Of a stretch of 64,000 nucleotides of DNA, positions 9,621 through 18,334 are shown piece by piece. Location: the NCBI GenBank assembly GCA_002422285.1, contig DIUF01000019.1, forward strand, positions 5,421-69,420. The letters run 5' to 3'. Below the pieces are notes generated by a model. The model saw only the letters and a program-made list of their open reading frames with translations. It made no database searches and was not told the origin of the DNA. The number at the start of each line of letters is the position of its first letter. Position 1 is the stretch's first letter. Origin of the DNA: Flavobacteriales bacterium UBA6165 (GTDB lineage: Bacteria; Bacteroidota; Bacteroidia; Flavobacteriales_D; Crocinitomicaceae). Position numbers and translations under genes: made by a program.

Positions 9621-9807
9621 AGTATTTCCTCAGTATTAAGTAACTTACAAATACGCCAAAAGCCCAAAACAGGAATATGAATAACAACATCATCGGAAAT
9701 CCTAACACGCTCACAGATTTGTCGAAGAGCAAAATGATAGGCATGTTGAACCCTATGAACAGCAGTAAACTGGTGAAAATAAGTTTTTGTTGATGTCGTT
9801 TCTTCAT
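9613..9807 (-). CDS. Small two-TM membrane protein, translationally overlapping the kinase gene (cbrX-like position)
   Basis: 64-aa ORF with two clear hydrophobic helices (LIFTSLLLFIGFNMPIILLF and FPMMLLFIFLFWAFGVFVSYLIL). Its last codons contain the kinase ATG (tATGAATAG), an 8-nt overlap. Confidence 0.5.
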   Translation of the reverse strand: MKKRHQQKLIFTSLLLFIGFNMPIILLFDKSVSVLGFPMMLLFIFLFWAFGVFVSYLILRKYYE

Positions 9808-9817
9808 GTTGCAAAAT

Positions 9818-9859
9818 ACTAAAAAAATCGAAATCTGTCCGAAGATCAGATTTCGATTT
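9818..9859 (-). terminator. Rho-independent terminator after the symporter gene
   Basis: The arms aaatcgaaatctg (9825-9837) and cagatttcgattt (9847-9859) are perfect complements with a 9-nt loop. A U-run follows on the minus strand (A-run 9821-9827 on plus). The hairpin fills most of the 60-nt gap. Confidence 0.7.
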
Positions 9860-9867
9860 GCGTTTTT

Positions 9868-11667
9868 TTAATGTGCTACTGCTTCACCTGCACCCGATGG
9901 GATTCGGATGTTTTCAACAATTTCTTGTACTTCTAGCGGCGGAGCAGGGAAGAATCTATTGACAGTTAATGCAACAATGAAGTTGATAATCATACCCACA
10001 AAACCGATGCCTTCAGGAGATATGCCGAACCACCAATCTTCTTTGCTGTTGCTTCCAAATACACCTTCAACCCAAGTGAAGCCAGCTATTCCGGATAATT
10101 TGAATTTCAAAACATAAATCATGGTGAAAAGCAATCCTGCAATCATACCAGCAACAACGCCCTCTCTATTCATACGCTTGGAGAAAATTCCCATGAAAAT
10201 GGCTGGGAAAAATGTTGAGGCCGCATATCCAAAGGCTATTGCTACCACGGAGGCTACAAATCCAGGAGGATTGATGCCGAAGTAACCAGCGATACAAACA
10301 GCAACTACTGATGCAATACGAGCTGCACGAAGTTCACCTTTTTCTGATAGATTGGGTTTTAATACTTTTTTCATTAAGTCATGCGAAATAGAAGATGATA
10401 TTACGATTAACAAACCCGCTGCGGTCGATAATGCAGCAGCCAAAGCGCCAGCAGCAACCAAACCAATTACCCATGCAGGTAAATTTGCAATTTCTGGGTT
10501 GGCCAAAACCATGATGTCGCCATTCACATAAAGCTCGTTATTGTTAGCCGTTTCAACGTTTGAAAAAACACGTTCGCCATGGATTCCCAAATTTTCTTCA
10601 AATACTGGCTTGTTGCCTTGAATCGCTGACCCTGGTGAAGTTTGGATTAAGCCATCTCCGTTTTTATCCGACCAAGCCAATAGACCTGTTTGTTCCCAGT
10701 TCTTAAACCAGCCTGGCATCTCTTCGTAAGATTTGTTTTGTGTTGTTTCGATTAGATTCGTGCGTGCAAATACAGATATTGCTGGTGCAGCCGTGTATAG
10801 AATGGCAATAAAAATCAGTGCGTATAAACCAGTTTTTCGTGCGTCTGAAACTTTTGGTACTGTAAAGAAGCGAACAATTACGTGAGGCAAGCCAGCAGTA
10901 CCTAGCATCAATGCTGCGGTGATAGCAATATTATCCATCATGGTCTTGCTGCCTTTTGTGTATTCTGTGAATCCAAGATCAACCAATAAGTTGTCAAGTT
11001 TTTTGAGTACGTAAACTCCATCAGCTCCTTGACTACCCATTCCCAATTGAGGGACAAAGTTTCCAGTCATTTGAAAAGAAATAAAGAAGGCGGGAACCAT
11101 GAATGCAAAGATCAAAACACAGTATTGAGCAACTTGCGTGTAGGTAATACCTTTCATTCCTCCTAAAGTAGCGTAAAACAAAACGACTACCATGCCAATT
11201 ACAACACCCCACTCAATACCCACGCCTAAAAATCGAGAGAACACCAAGCCAACACCTTGCATCTGTCCAGCAACGTATGTGAATGATATAATCAAAGCAC
11301 AAAGCACTGCAATCAGGCGAGCTGTTTTTGAGTAGTATCGGTCACCAATAAAATCTGGAACAGTGAACTTCCCAAACTTTCTTAAGTAAGGAGCTAGTAG
11401 TAATGCCAGAAGAACATAGCCACCAGTCCAGCCCATGATAAATACTGAGCCATCATAGCCCATGAAGGAGATCAATCCGGCCATTGAAATAAAAGATGCT
11501 GCCGACATCCAATCTGCCGCTGTTGCCATACCATTTGCCAATGGAGATACTCCGCCTCCTGCAACATAAAATTCTTTGGTAGATGCAGCTCTCGCCCAAA
11601 TAGCAATGCCAAAATATAAGGAGAAGGTGCCTATCACCCAAATCCATGTCCATACTGTAGAGTCCAT
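9868..11667 (-). CDS. Sodium:solute symporter, VC_2705 subfamily (probable acetate/short-chain carboxylate permease, large subunit)
   Basis: 599-aa polytopic SSS protein. It sits immediately downstream of a DUF4212-type small membrane gene, which is the diagnostic pairing of TIGR03647/TIGR03648 as I recall them. Confidence 0.8.
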   Translation of the reverse strand: MDSTVWTWIWVIGTFSLYFGIAIWARAASTKEFYVAGGGVSPLANGMATAADWMSAASFISMAGLISFMGYDGSVFIMGWTGGYVLLALLLAPYLRKFGKFTVPDFIGDRYYSKTARLIAVLCALIISFTYVAGQMQGVGLVFSRFLGVGIEWGVVIGMVVVLFYATLGGMKGITYTQVAQYCVLIFAFMVPAFFISFQMTGNFVPQLGMGSQGADGVYVLKKLDNLLVDLGFTEYTKGSKTMMDNIAITAALMLGTAGLPHVIVRFFTVPKVSDARKTGLYALIFIAILYTAAPAISVFARTNLIETTQNKSYEEMPGWFKNWEQTGLLAWSDKNGDGLIQTSPGSAIQGNKPVFEENLGIHGERVFSNVETANNNELYVNGDIMVLANPEIANLPAWVIGLVAAGALAAALSTAAGLLIVISSSISHDLMKKVLKPNLSEKGELRAARIASVVAVCIAGYFGINPPGFVASVVAIAFGYAASTFFPAIFMGIFSKRMNREGVVAGMIAGLLFTMIYVLKFKLSGIAGFTWVEGVFGSNSKEDWWFGISPEGIGFVGMIINFIVALTVNRFFPAPPLEVQEIVENIRIPSGAGEAVAH

Positions 11668-11678
11668 AATTTATTGGT

Positions 11679-11930
11679 TTAATTGAGGTTGTATTTTTTA
11701 TCTAACTTGTTCATAATGATTATGTACGCGGCTATTATTACAATAAATGCATACACTGATCCTTGCTGGGCGAACCAAAATCCAAGTGGGAAGCCACCGA
11801 TATGAAATTGATCTAAAAAGTCTTTGAAAATGATGCCGCATCCGAAGGAAACGAAAAACCAGAAAAACATCAATATCGAGAGATACTTTATGTTTTCTTT
11901 CCAATACGCTTTGTTGTTTTGTGTGCTCAT
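11679..11930 (-). CDS. DUF4212-type small membrane protein (putative solute:sodium symporter small subunit)
   Basis: 83 aa with two TM helices. The motif ...FPLGFWFAQQGSVYAFIVI... and its position directly upstream of the SSS gene support the call. Confidence 0.7.
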   Translation of the reverse strand: MSTQNNKAYWKENIKYLSILMFFWFFVSFGCGIIFKDFLDQFHIGGFPLGFWFAQQGSVYAFIVIIAAYIIIMNKLDKKYNLN

Positions 11931-11955
11931 GATTTTATGTTTTAAGCATTAGTAA

Positions 11956-13329
11956 CTATAAAAATACCTGAAGTTGAATCAAAAGTTCGCCCTTTAAACT
12001 GTAGGTTGAACTATTGGTGTAAACAGGTCGTGTTGAAAATTGAGGCGTTATTTTGGCGTGATGACCATCAACGAAGAAATTGGCGCCAATGTCAAAAGAT
12101 GAATTGGCTCGGTCTAAGCCATCCAAGTTTTTGTAGGTGTAAGCACCAAAGGGCTGTATGCGAACTTTGGGCTTCTCATTTTGAGTAGGCAACAAAACTC
12201 CTATTTGTGTGTAAAATATGTTTCCAGTCCCAATAGTTGCTTGTGCATTTCCAAAACCAGCCAAGGCAGTCTGTCCTGTGAAATTTGGGTTTGCACTGCC
12301 CACATTCATGATTCCAAAATTCCTGATGTAATTTGGACCGAAATTGAAATTGTAAAAAACAGCGTATGCGGTTACGGCCATTTTACGTTCGGGTTTTCCG
12401 ATGGGCAAATCCAAAAAGATATCCGCAGACAATAAGCGAATGTCATGCTCTTGAATCTGTCCTGCAACATTGCTCTTGGTTGAGTTCGGAGCATAGAAGA
12501 ATCCTGTTCCGATATTCAGCATTTTTTTTGTTCCCAAATAAGTTCCAACTTTAAATGGCAGGGCGTTGGATTCTTTGTCAAAAAATTGGTATTCATAATA
12601 TCCTGCCAATGAAAAGCTGCCGTTTCCGTTATTGTCAACGGCTTTCGCCTCAGCTTGATTGGTAGCAACTGCTGGAGTAAGATTGGTTAGGAAGGGCTTG
12701 TTAACGCTCATGCGGTATTCAAAGCGGTCGTATTTGCCGTAAATGAATCCACCCATCTGTCGCGCAAATTGATCGCTTGCATCAACCAAAGGCCAATTGA
12801 AAATTGGTGCGTCAATAGCCATGAAATTGAGTGTTGACCCCATTGTCATCCGAGAAAGTCCCATAAAATAATGTAATCCGCCCCCCCCATGTAAGCTAAA
12901 TTTGCGTCCTTCTTTTGGTTGGATGATTACGAACTCATTCCATGCATCATGGAAAAATAAGCCTGGCTTTTTACCTGCACCATAGGCACCTGTTCCCCCA
13001 GACCCAGCTGCACCGCCATTCAAAAATGTTTGGTTATTGATACCAATGTGGGTGATGATTTTATAACGCGGTGATATTTGGGCCAATGCTAAAAATCGAA
13101 GACGGCGCATTCCGATATCCGCATTGAATGAACTTGGCGTGTCTCCAACTTGCGATCCTGGGTTCATATCTGTAGCGCGAAACCAAACTTGATTCCATGC
13201 AATAAAACGGATGTATTTTGATCCATCTTCTTTCAAGTTTACTTTCAGTCCAGAACCATATTCTGTGCTGCCCTGATTAAAGGCGTAAAGACTTGATAAT
13301 AAAACAACAAAAAGCAATACTTTTTTCAT
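11956..13329 (-). CDS. Outer-membrane beta-barrel porin
   Basis: Signal peptide MKKVLLFVVLLSSLYAFNQ. The sequence shows alternating beta-strand patterning and is rich in aromatic and Gly residues. The C-terminal strand is ...LLIQLQVFL. It is the first gene of the transporter operon. Confidence 0.65.
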   Translation of the reverse strand: MKKVLLFVVLLSSLYAFNQGSTEYGSGLKVNLKEDGSKYIRFIAWNQVWFRATDMNPGSQVGDTPSSFNADIGMRRLRFLALAQISPRYKIITHIGINNQTFLNGGAAGSGGTGAYGAGKKPGLFFHDAWNEFVIIQPKEGRKFSLHGGGGLHYFMGLSRMTMGSTLNFMAIDAPIFNWPLVDASDQFARQMGGFIYGKYDRFEYRMSVNKPFLTNLTPAVATNQAEAKAVDNNGNGSFSLAGYYEYQFFDKESNALPFKVGTYLGTKKMLNIGTGFFYAPNSTKSNVAGQIQEHDIRLLSADIFLDLPIGKPERKMAVTAYAVFYNFNFGPNYIRNFGIMNVGSANPNFTGQTALAGFGNAQATIGTGNIFYTQIGVLLPTQNEKPKVRIQPFGAYTYKNLDGLDRANSSFDIGANFFVDGHHAKITPQFSTRPVYTNSSTYSLKGELLIQLQVFL

Positions 13330-13437
13330 CGACTATGAGTTTTGATGTCCACCGAATTCTTGTTTTTCGGTTGCTCAAAACTCAATTAAATATTTTGTTA
13401 TGAAAAATATGATATACTTTTTTGTTAAATGGTATAG

Positions 13438-13857
13438 TTAATCTCTAAATCTCTCCCATTTTATGAGCATGAATTTGTCGCCGAGTTCTGTAATAATCAT
13501 ACCCGCTCCAACAAGATTTTCTTTAAGTTTTAAATAGTCCTGTAGTTCGGAATGATTCAATATCTTGTAGGTTGGGTGATAATTCGGATGGGGTGGTTTG
13601 TGAATCTTATATTGTCTAACCCAATTGCTGATTGATACATGGGAAACGCCTATGATCCGCTCAATTTCTCTGTAGCTCAATCCTTCTAGGTATAACTGTA
13701 AAGCTTTAGTCACATAGTAGTCATCAATGCGCTTTCCTAGTTTAAATACTGTGAAATGATAGCGACAAGATTTACAGCTGTAACGTTGTCTATCATTGAG
13801 TATTCCACTTTTTACAACGTGAATATGATTGCATTTTGGACATGAGGGATTGTTCAT
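13438..13857 (-). CDS. IS1 InsA-like zinc-ribbon + HTH protein, orphan (no DDE transposase partner)
   Basis: CPKC...(18)...CKSC zinc ribbon followed by an HTH (LSYREIERIIGVSHVSISNWV), which is the InsA architecture. Only 108 nt follow before the porin gene, with no InsB/DDE-like reading frame and no terminal inverted repeats that I could find. Confidence 0.6.
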   Translation of the reverse strand: MNNPSCPKCNHIHVVKSGILNDRQRYSCKSCRYHFTVFKLGKRIDDYYVTKALQLYLEGLSYREIERIIGVSHVSISNWVRQYKIHKPPHPNYHPTYKILNHSELQDYLKLKENLVGAGMIITELGDKFMLIKWERFRD

Positions 13858-14057
13858 GTATTTTATTTTTACAAATATATATTTATTTTGCGAAATTATT
13901 GTACATCAATGTACCTTTAAATCTCCGATACTTGGTTGTAGCGTCAACAATTACAGCTGGATTGGTCTTCTTCAGGTCAATCCGATGTTGTATAAAATAT
14001 TAAAATAGATAGCGCACTGATATCCTAAAAAAAGATTTGAGTTAGATAAGACAACGA

Positions 14058-15119
14058 CTAAAACTGATAAACCAAGGCGTTGATGTTCATTCCAGCGCCA
14101 ACTGATGCCAATAAAACAACATCACCATCGTTAATCTCATGCTCAGGTAGATTTTTGTTTAGAATTAAATCCAAAAGGGTAGGTACAGTAGCCACTGAGC
14201 TGTTGCCCAATTTATGTATGCTCATGGGCATTATTTTATTAGGCATTGGTTCGTCATATAATTCATAGAAACGTTGAACTATGGCTTCGTCCATTTTTTC
14301 ATTGGCTTGGTGAATGAGGATCTTTTTCAGATCAGTAATTCGAATTCCACTTTTATCCAAAGCGATTTTCATAGCATTTGGCACGTGAGTTAATGCGAAC
14401 TCATAAATTTTTCTTCCATACATTTTGATGTAATTGGTATTGCTAGAAATACTCGGATTAAATGATGTGCCATAATACAAGTAAAGCGCCTCATTCAGCG
14501 TATGCGATTGACTTGCATGACTCAAAATCCCTTTTTTTGTTTCTGCTGATGCCTCTAAAATACAAGCTCCTGCTCCGTCTGAATAAATCATAGAGTCTCG
14601 GTCATGCTTATCTACCACTCTTGAGAGGGTTTCTGAACCGATGACCAAACAACGCTTTGCTATACCTGCCTTGATAAAAGCATCAGCTTGAATTAGTGCT
14701 TGCAGCCAACCTGGACAACCAAAAATAATATCGTAGGCAACGCAATTTGGATTTTTAATTTTCAAATTTTGTTTCACTCTTGACGCTATACTTGGTAGCA
14801 TATCGCATTGCACATTGTTCATGGTTACATTGCCAAAATTTTGCGCCAAAATAATATAATCCAAAGTCTCAACATCAATTCCAGATTTCTCTATTGCAAT
14901 CTGTGCTGCAAATGTTGCAATTTCGCTGTTGGTTAAATTCTCAGAAACGTACCTGCGTTCTCGGATGCCGGTAATTTGTTCAAATTTTTTTACAATAATT
15001 TCATTTGAATTGGGCAGTTTGACCTTGTTTTCATCATAGAATTCAGCATTTAGAAAATCGTTGTTCGTTATCTTTTCCGTGGGTATATAGCTTCCAGTTG
15101 CGCTAATGATGCTGTTCAT
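14058..15119 (-). CDS. 3-oxoacyl-ACP synthase III family protein (FabH-like KAS III)
   Basis: A Cys-His-Asn triad context is visible (FGCPGWLQAL; LIHQANEKM; GNSSVATVP). The ATG at 15119 (MNSIISATGSYIP...) is preferred over the track's TTG at 15158. Confidence 0.8.
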   Translation of the reverse strand: MNSIISATGSYIPTEKITNNDFLNAEFYDENKVKLPNSNEIIVKKFEQITGIRERRYVSENLTNSEIATFAAQIAIEKSGIDVETLDYIILAQNFGNVTMNNVQCDMLPSIASRVKQNLKIKNPNCVAYDIIFGCPGWLQALIQADAFIKAGIAKRCLVIGSETLSRVVDKHDRDSMIYSDGAGACILEASAETKKGILSHASQSHTLNEALYLYYGTSFNPSISSNTNYIKMYGRKIYEFALTHVPNAMKIALDKSGIRITDLKKILIHQANEKMDEAIVQRFYELYDEPMPNKIMPMSIHKLGNSSVATVPTLLDLILNKNLPEHEINDGDVVLLASVGAGMNINALVYQF

Positions 15120-15271
15120 GATAATGGCGTTTAACAGTGAATAAAGTGTGCTGTGCAAATAAAAGAACTTTTTAAACAGAACCTGTCATAAATTTAACGG
15201 ATTAACATCTTTTTCTTGCAATTCTCGATTAGAGCTCAAATTTTTATATTTGTGAAATAATAAAAGAACGA

Positions 15272-17062
15272 ATGAATCGATTAATACAAATACTGGTCCT
15301 GAATACTCTATCCTTAACGGCCGTTTTCACCCAAAACATCTCCTACAAACTCTCAACACCCGAACCCACCACGCATTATTATCACGTGGAAATGGAATTT
15401 TCGGGCTTCAAAGAAAAGCAGTTGAAATTCAAGTTGCCTGTTTGGGCGCCAGGTTCGTATATGGTGCGCGAGTTTTCCAAACATGTCAATTTGGTGAAAG
15501 CCAAGGATGAAAATGGCAAGACATTAAAAGTCAAGAAAACGGACAAAAACACATGGACTGTTGATGTAGATAAAGCAAAAAAAGTGACTTTGAATTATGA
15601 GGTTTATGCCTTTGATTTAACAGTGCGCACGAGCTTCTTGGACCACACCCATGGCTATGTCAATGGCACTTCGGTTTTTATGTATGTAGATGGTTATAAG
15701 CAACTTGGCGGAAACTTGACTGTTTTACCGCATCATACTTTTGCGGATGTAGCAAGTTCTTTAAAACCCGCTGCTGAAGGTTATACAGGTGATGGTGCTT
15801 TTGCATTTCGCTTTGATGATTATGACCAATTGGCAGATTGTCCGATAGAAATTGGAAACCACGAAAAGTTTGATTTTATGGCTGCCGGCATCAAGCACCG
15901 CGTTGTGATTTATGGAGAAGGCAATCACGATGTGGAGCGAATGAAAGTGGATATGGCCAAAATTGTGAATGTAACCACAGCTGTTTTTGGATTTAATCCC
16001 AATCAAGATTATTTGTTTATCATCCACAACACTGAAAATGGCGGCGGTGGTTTGGAACACATGAATTCGACAACTTTGAATGTGCGTAGATTTTCATACA
16101 GCGGTGCGGGCTATTTGGGATTTTTGAGCTTGGTGGCGCATGAGTATTTTCACCTTTGGAATGTGAAACGTTTGCGACCATTTGAGCTTGGACCTTTCGA
16201 CTACGATAAGGAAAATTACACTTCATTGCTGTGGGTGATGGAAGGATTTACCTCTTATTACGATGAATTGTTGTTGCGCCGAGCAGGTTTTTATTCCAAA
16301 GAGCAATACCTCAAAACGTTGTTCAATACCATCAATTCTGTTGAAAATCAGCCCGGAAACAAAATTCAACCAGTTGCTCATGCCAGTTTTGATGCTTGGA
16401 TTAAGCTCTATTATCCCAATGAAAACAGCTATAACTCCACAATCTCCTATTACTCTAAAGGTCAATTGATTGGTGCAGTGATTGATGCCATGATTATTGC
16501 TTCTTCTGATGGTAAAAAGTCTTTGGACGATTTTATGGCTTTGCTGTACGACAAGTACTACATCAAAGCAAAACGTGGTTTCAAAGAAGAAGAATTCAAA
16601 AAGGATTTGGAAACTTTTATCGGCAAAAACTTGGATGCATTCTTCGACGAATGTATATGGGGCACAAAGGAGTTGGATTACGTTGGCGCCTTTGCAGCTA
16701 TTGGTGTTCAGGTGATTAAACAAGAATCTTTGGAGCCGTTTTTCGGAACGTCATTATCAGAATCCAATGGAAAATTGACAGTTCGCAGGGTGCAATCGGC
16801 CAGTGCTGCTGAAAAAGCTGGAATTAGTGCCAATGATGAAATTATCGCCATCAATGGGTTTAGAACCAATCAATCTGGTTTTGATGCATTTATCGGACGC
16901 ATCAAAGTTGGGGAGTCATTTGAAATCATGATTTCGCGCGATGGAAAAATTATGAACCTAAAGGCCACAATGGGCGAAGTGCAAAAAGTGAACTACACCT
17001 ACAAGATTGACGCTGCAACGGGCAAGCGCAATTTGGCTGATTTTTGGTTGAGAGAGGTTTAG
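15272..17062 (+). CDS. M61 family metallopeptidase (glycyl aminopeptidase-like) with C-terminal PDZ domain
   Basis: HEXXH motif in VAHEYFHLWNVKRLRP. The PDZ-like segment is SAAEKAGISANDEIIAINGF. A signal peptide is present at the N-terminus. Confidence 0.8.
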   Translation: MNRLIQILVLNTLSLTAVFTQNISYKLSTPEPTTHYYHVEMEFSGFKEKQLKFKLPVWAPGSYMVREFSKHVNLVKAKDENGKTLKVKKTDKNTWTVDVDKAKKVTLNYEVYAFDLTVRTSFLDHTHGYVNGTSVFMYVDGYKQLGGNLTVLPHHTFADVASSLKPAAEGYTGDGAFAFRFDDYDQLADCPIEIGNHEKFDFMAAGIKHRVVIYGEGNHDVERMKVDMAKIVNVTTAVFGFNPNQDYLFIIHNTENGGGGLEHMNSTTLNVRRFSYSGAGYLGFLSLVAHEYFHLWNVKRLRPFELGPFDYDKENYTSLLWVMEGFTSYYDELLLRRAGFYSKEQYLKTLFNTINSVENQPGNKIQPVAHASFDAWIKLYYPNENSYNSTISYYSKGQLIGAVIDAMIIASSDGKKSLDDFMALLYDKYYIKAKRGFKEEEFKKDLETFIGKNLDAFFDECIWGTKELDYVGAFAAIGVQVIKQESLEPFFGTSLSESNGKLTVRRVQSASAAEKAGISANDEIIAINGFRTNQSGFDAFIGRIKVGESFEIMISRDGKIMNLKATMGEVQKVNYTYKIDAATGKRNLADFWLREV

Positions 17063-17658
17063 TTTTTTTGCCATTTTGCCAAGATAAATCCCAAGCCAAA
17101 AGCAAATCGAATTTCGTGTAATCCATCTCGCTCCTGAAGACTTTTTGACGGTTGGCCGTAAACATAACGGAGGTTCGCAAATATGTTGAAGTAGCGATTC
17201 ACGTAAAAATTCAGTCCGCCAACAATAGAGGTATTTGGAATAATTTCGGATAATGTCATGGTCCAAGGAATACCAATGATTGTTGGATTTGTTCTTTCCA
17301 AATAACTAAATCCCGCTTGAATTCCGATGTAAGGATCCAAGTTCCCATTTTCAGTAAAATGATAACATGCGCCCAAAAAACCACTGTGATATTTTAAAGG
17401 AATATAGCCTTGAATGTTGGTTTGTCTGAATGAGAAAGCAGCATCTCCCTGAATACTAATCTGTGGACTGGTAAAATAGGAAAATGTGCCCTGCAAATAG
17501 TACTGAAAGGTGTTTTGACGAAAAAAATAACCCGGAGTGAAACTGGCATTTGCAGAAAACATGTTGTTTCTATCAATTTGAGGTGTTTCATTGGATTGAC
17601 AAAATCCAGAAAATGAGCTAAGTAGGTAAATGCCCAATGCAGCTATTATCTTTTCCAT
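17059..17658 (-). CDS. Small outer-membrane beta-barrel protein
   Basis: Signal peptide MEKIIAALGIYLLSSFSGFC. Alternating aromatic and Gly-rich strands are present, and the protein is 199 aa. Confidence 0.5.
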   Translation of the reverse strand: MEKIIAALGIYLLSSFSGFCQSNETPQIDRNNMFSANASFTPGYFFRQNTFQYYLQGTFSYFTSPQISIQGDAAFSFRQTNIQGYIPLKYHSGFLGACYHFTENGNLDPYIGIQAGFSYLERTNPTIIGIPWTMTLSEIIPNTSIVGGLNFYVNRYFNIFANLRYVYGQPSKSLQERDGLHEIRFAFGLGFILAKWQKN

Positions 17659-18281
17659 ATACGTCCAATTTTATAGTTCAAACTGATGGTGTTGAGCAAA
17701 TGTCCCTCAGCTTCAAATCCTTCATGTTCACTGATTTCATAAACCCCGTTGATGTCTTTGTGGGCGTGTAAGTGTCCACCCAAATGCAGCATATACTGAC
17801 TTTTTAAGGTTATATCAAACCTCGAGGAGATATGAAAATGTACACCGATGCCCATCTGCATAGCACTGCTCCAGCGATCTTTGCTTAAATTGTTGCTTGT
17901 AATTCGAAGTTGGGTGTAATCAAAACAATGTCCTGCTTCAATATAAGGTTGAACGATCTTCGTTTTAGCTGGATTCAAGACATAATACATCACCGACCAA
18001 CCAATGTGGTAATCTGTTCTCCCTAAATCTTGGGTGGATGACTTGATAAAATCGGCAAACCACTCTGTATTCACACGGTCTGAAAGTTGAATTCTAAAAT
18101 GTCCACCAGCACCAAAAGAGGCCGCCTCATGTGAGTTGAATAGACTCAAAGTATTTCTAACGCCTAAGGAAAACATCCCAGCGTTGTTTATCGGTTCATC
18201 GGAATTTGTTTGTGCTATCGTGCTTGAATAGAGTAGACTGGCACAGAATAAAGTGCTAAAAAGAAAAATCTTGCTTGACAT
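17646..18281 (-). CDS. Small outer-membrane beta-barrel protein
   Basis: Signal peptide MSSKIFLFSTLFCASLLYSSTIAQ. The beta-strand periodicity is visible, and it overlaps the downstream barrel gene by 13 nt. Confidence 0.5.
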   Translation of the reverse strand: MSSKIFLFSTLFCASLLYSSTIAQTNSDEPINNAGMFSLGVRNTLSLFNSHEAASFGAGGHFRIQLSDRVNTEWFADFIKSSTQDLGRTDYHIGWSVMYYVLNPAKTKIVQPYIEAGHCFDYTQLRITSNNLSKDRWSSAMQMGIGVHFHISSRFDITLKSQYMLHLGGHLHAHKDINGVYEISEHEGFEAEGHLLNTISLNYKIGRIWKR

Positions 18282-18334
18282 GACTTCGCGTTTTATGAAT
18301 AATAATTGCTGCTTGTAAAGTTACGTGTAATGCT

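Noticed and set aside
9808-9867. Looked for a Bacteroidota -7 box (TAnnTTTG) driving the micro-ORF/kinase operon.
   Set aside because: Only an imperfect tagtattttg lies 5 nt from the ATG. The rest of the gap is the terminator hairpin, so no promoter call is justified.
13330-14057. Possible complete IS1-family insertion sequence around the InsA-like gene.
   Set aside because: There is no DDE/InsB frame, no terminal inverted repeats and no target-site duplication that I could find. I annotated only the orphan CDS, not a mobile element.
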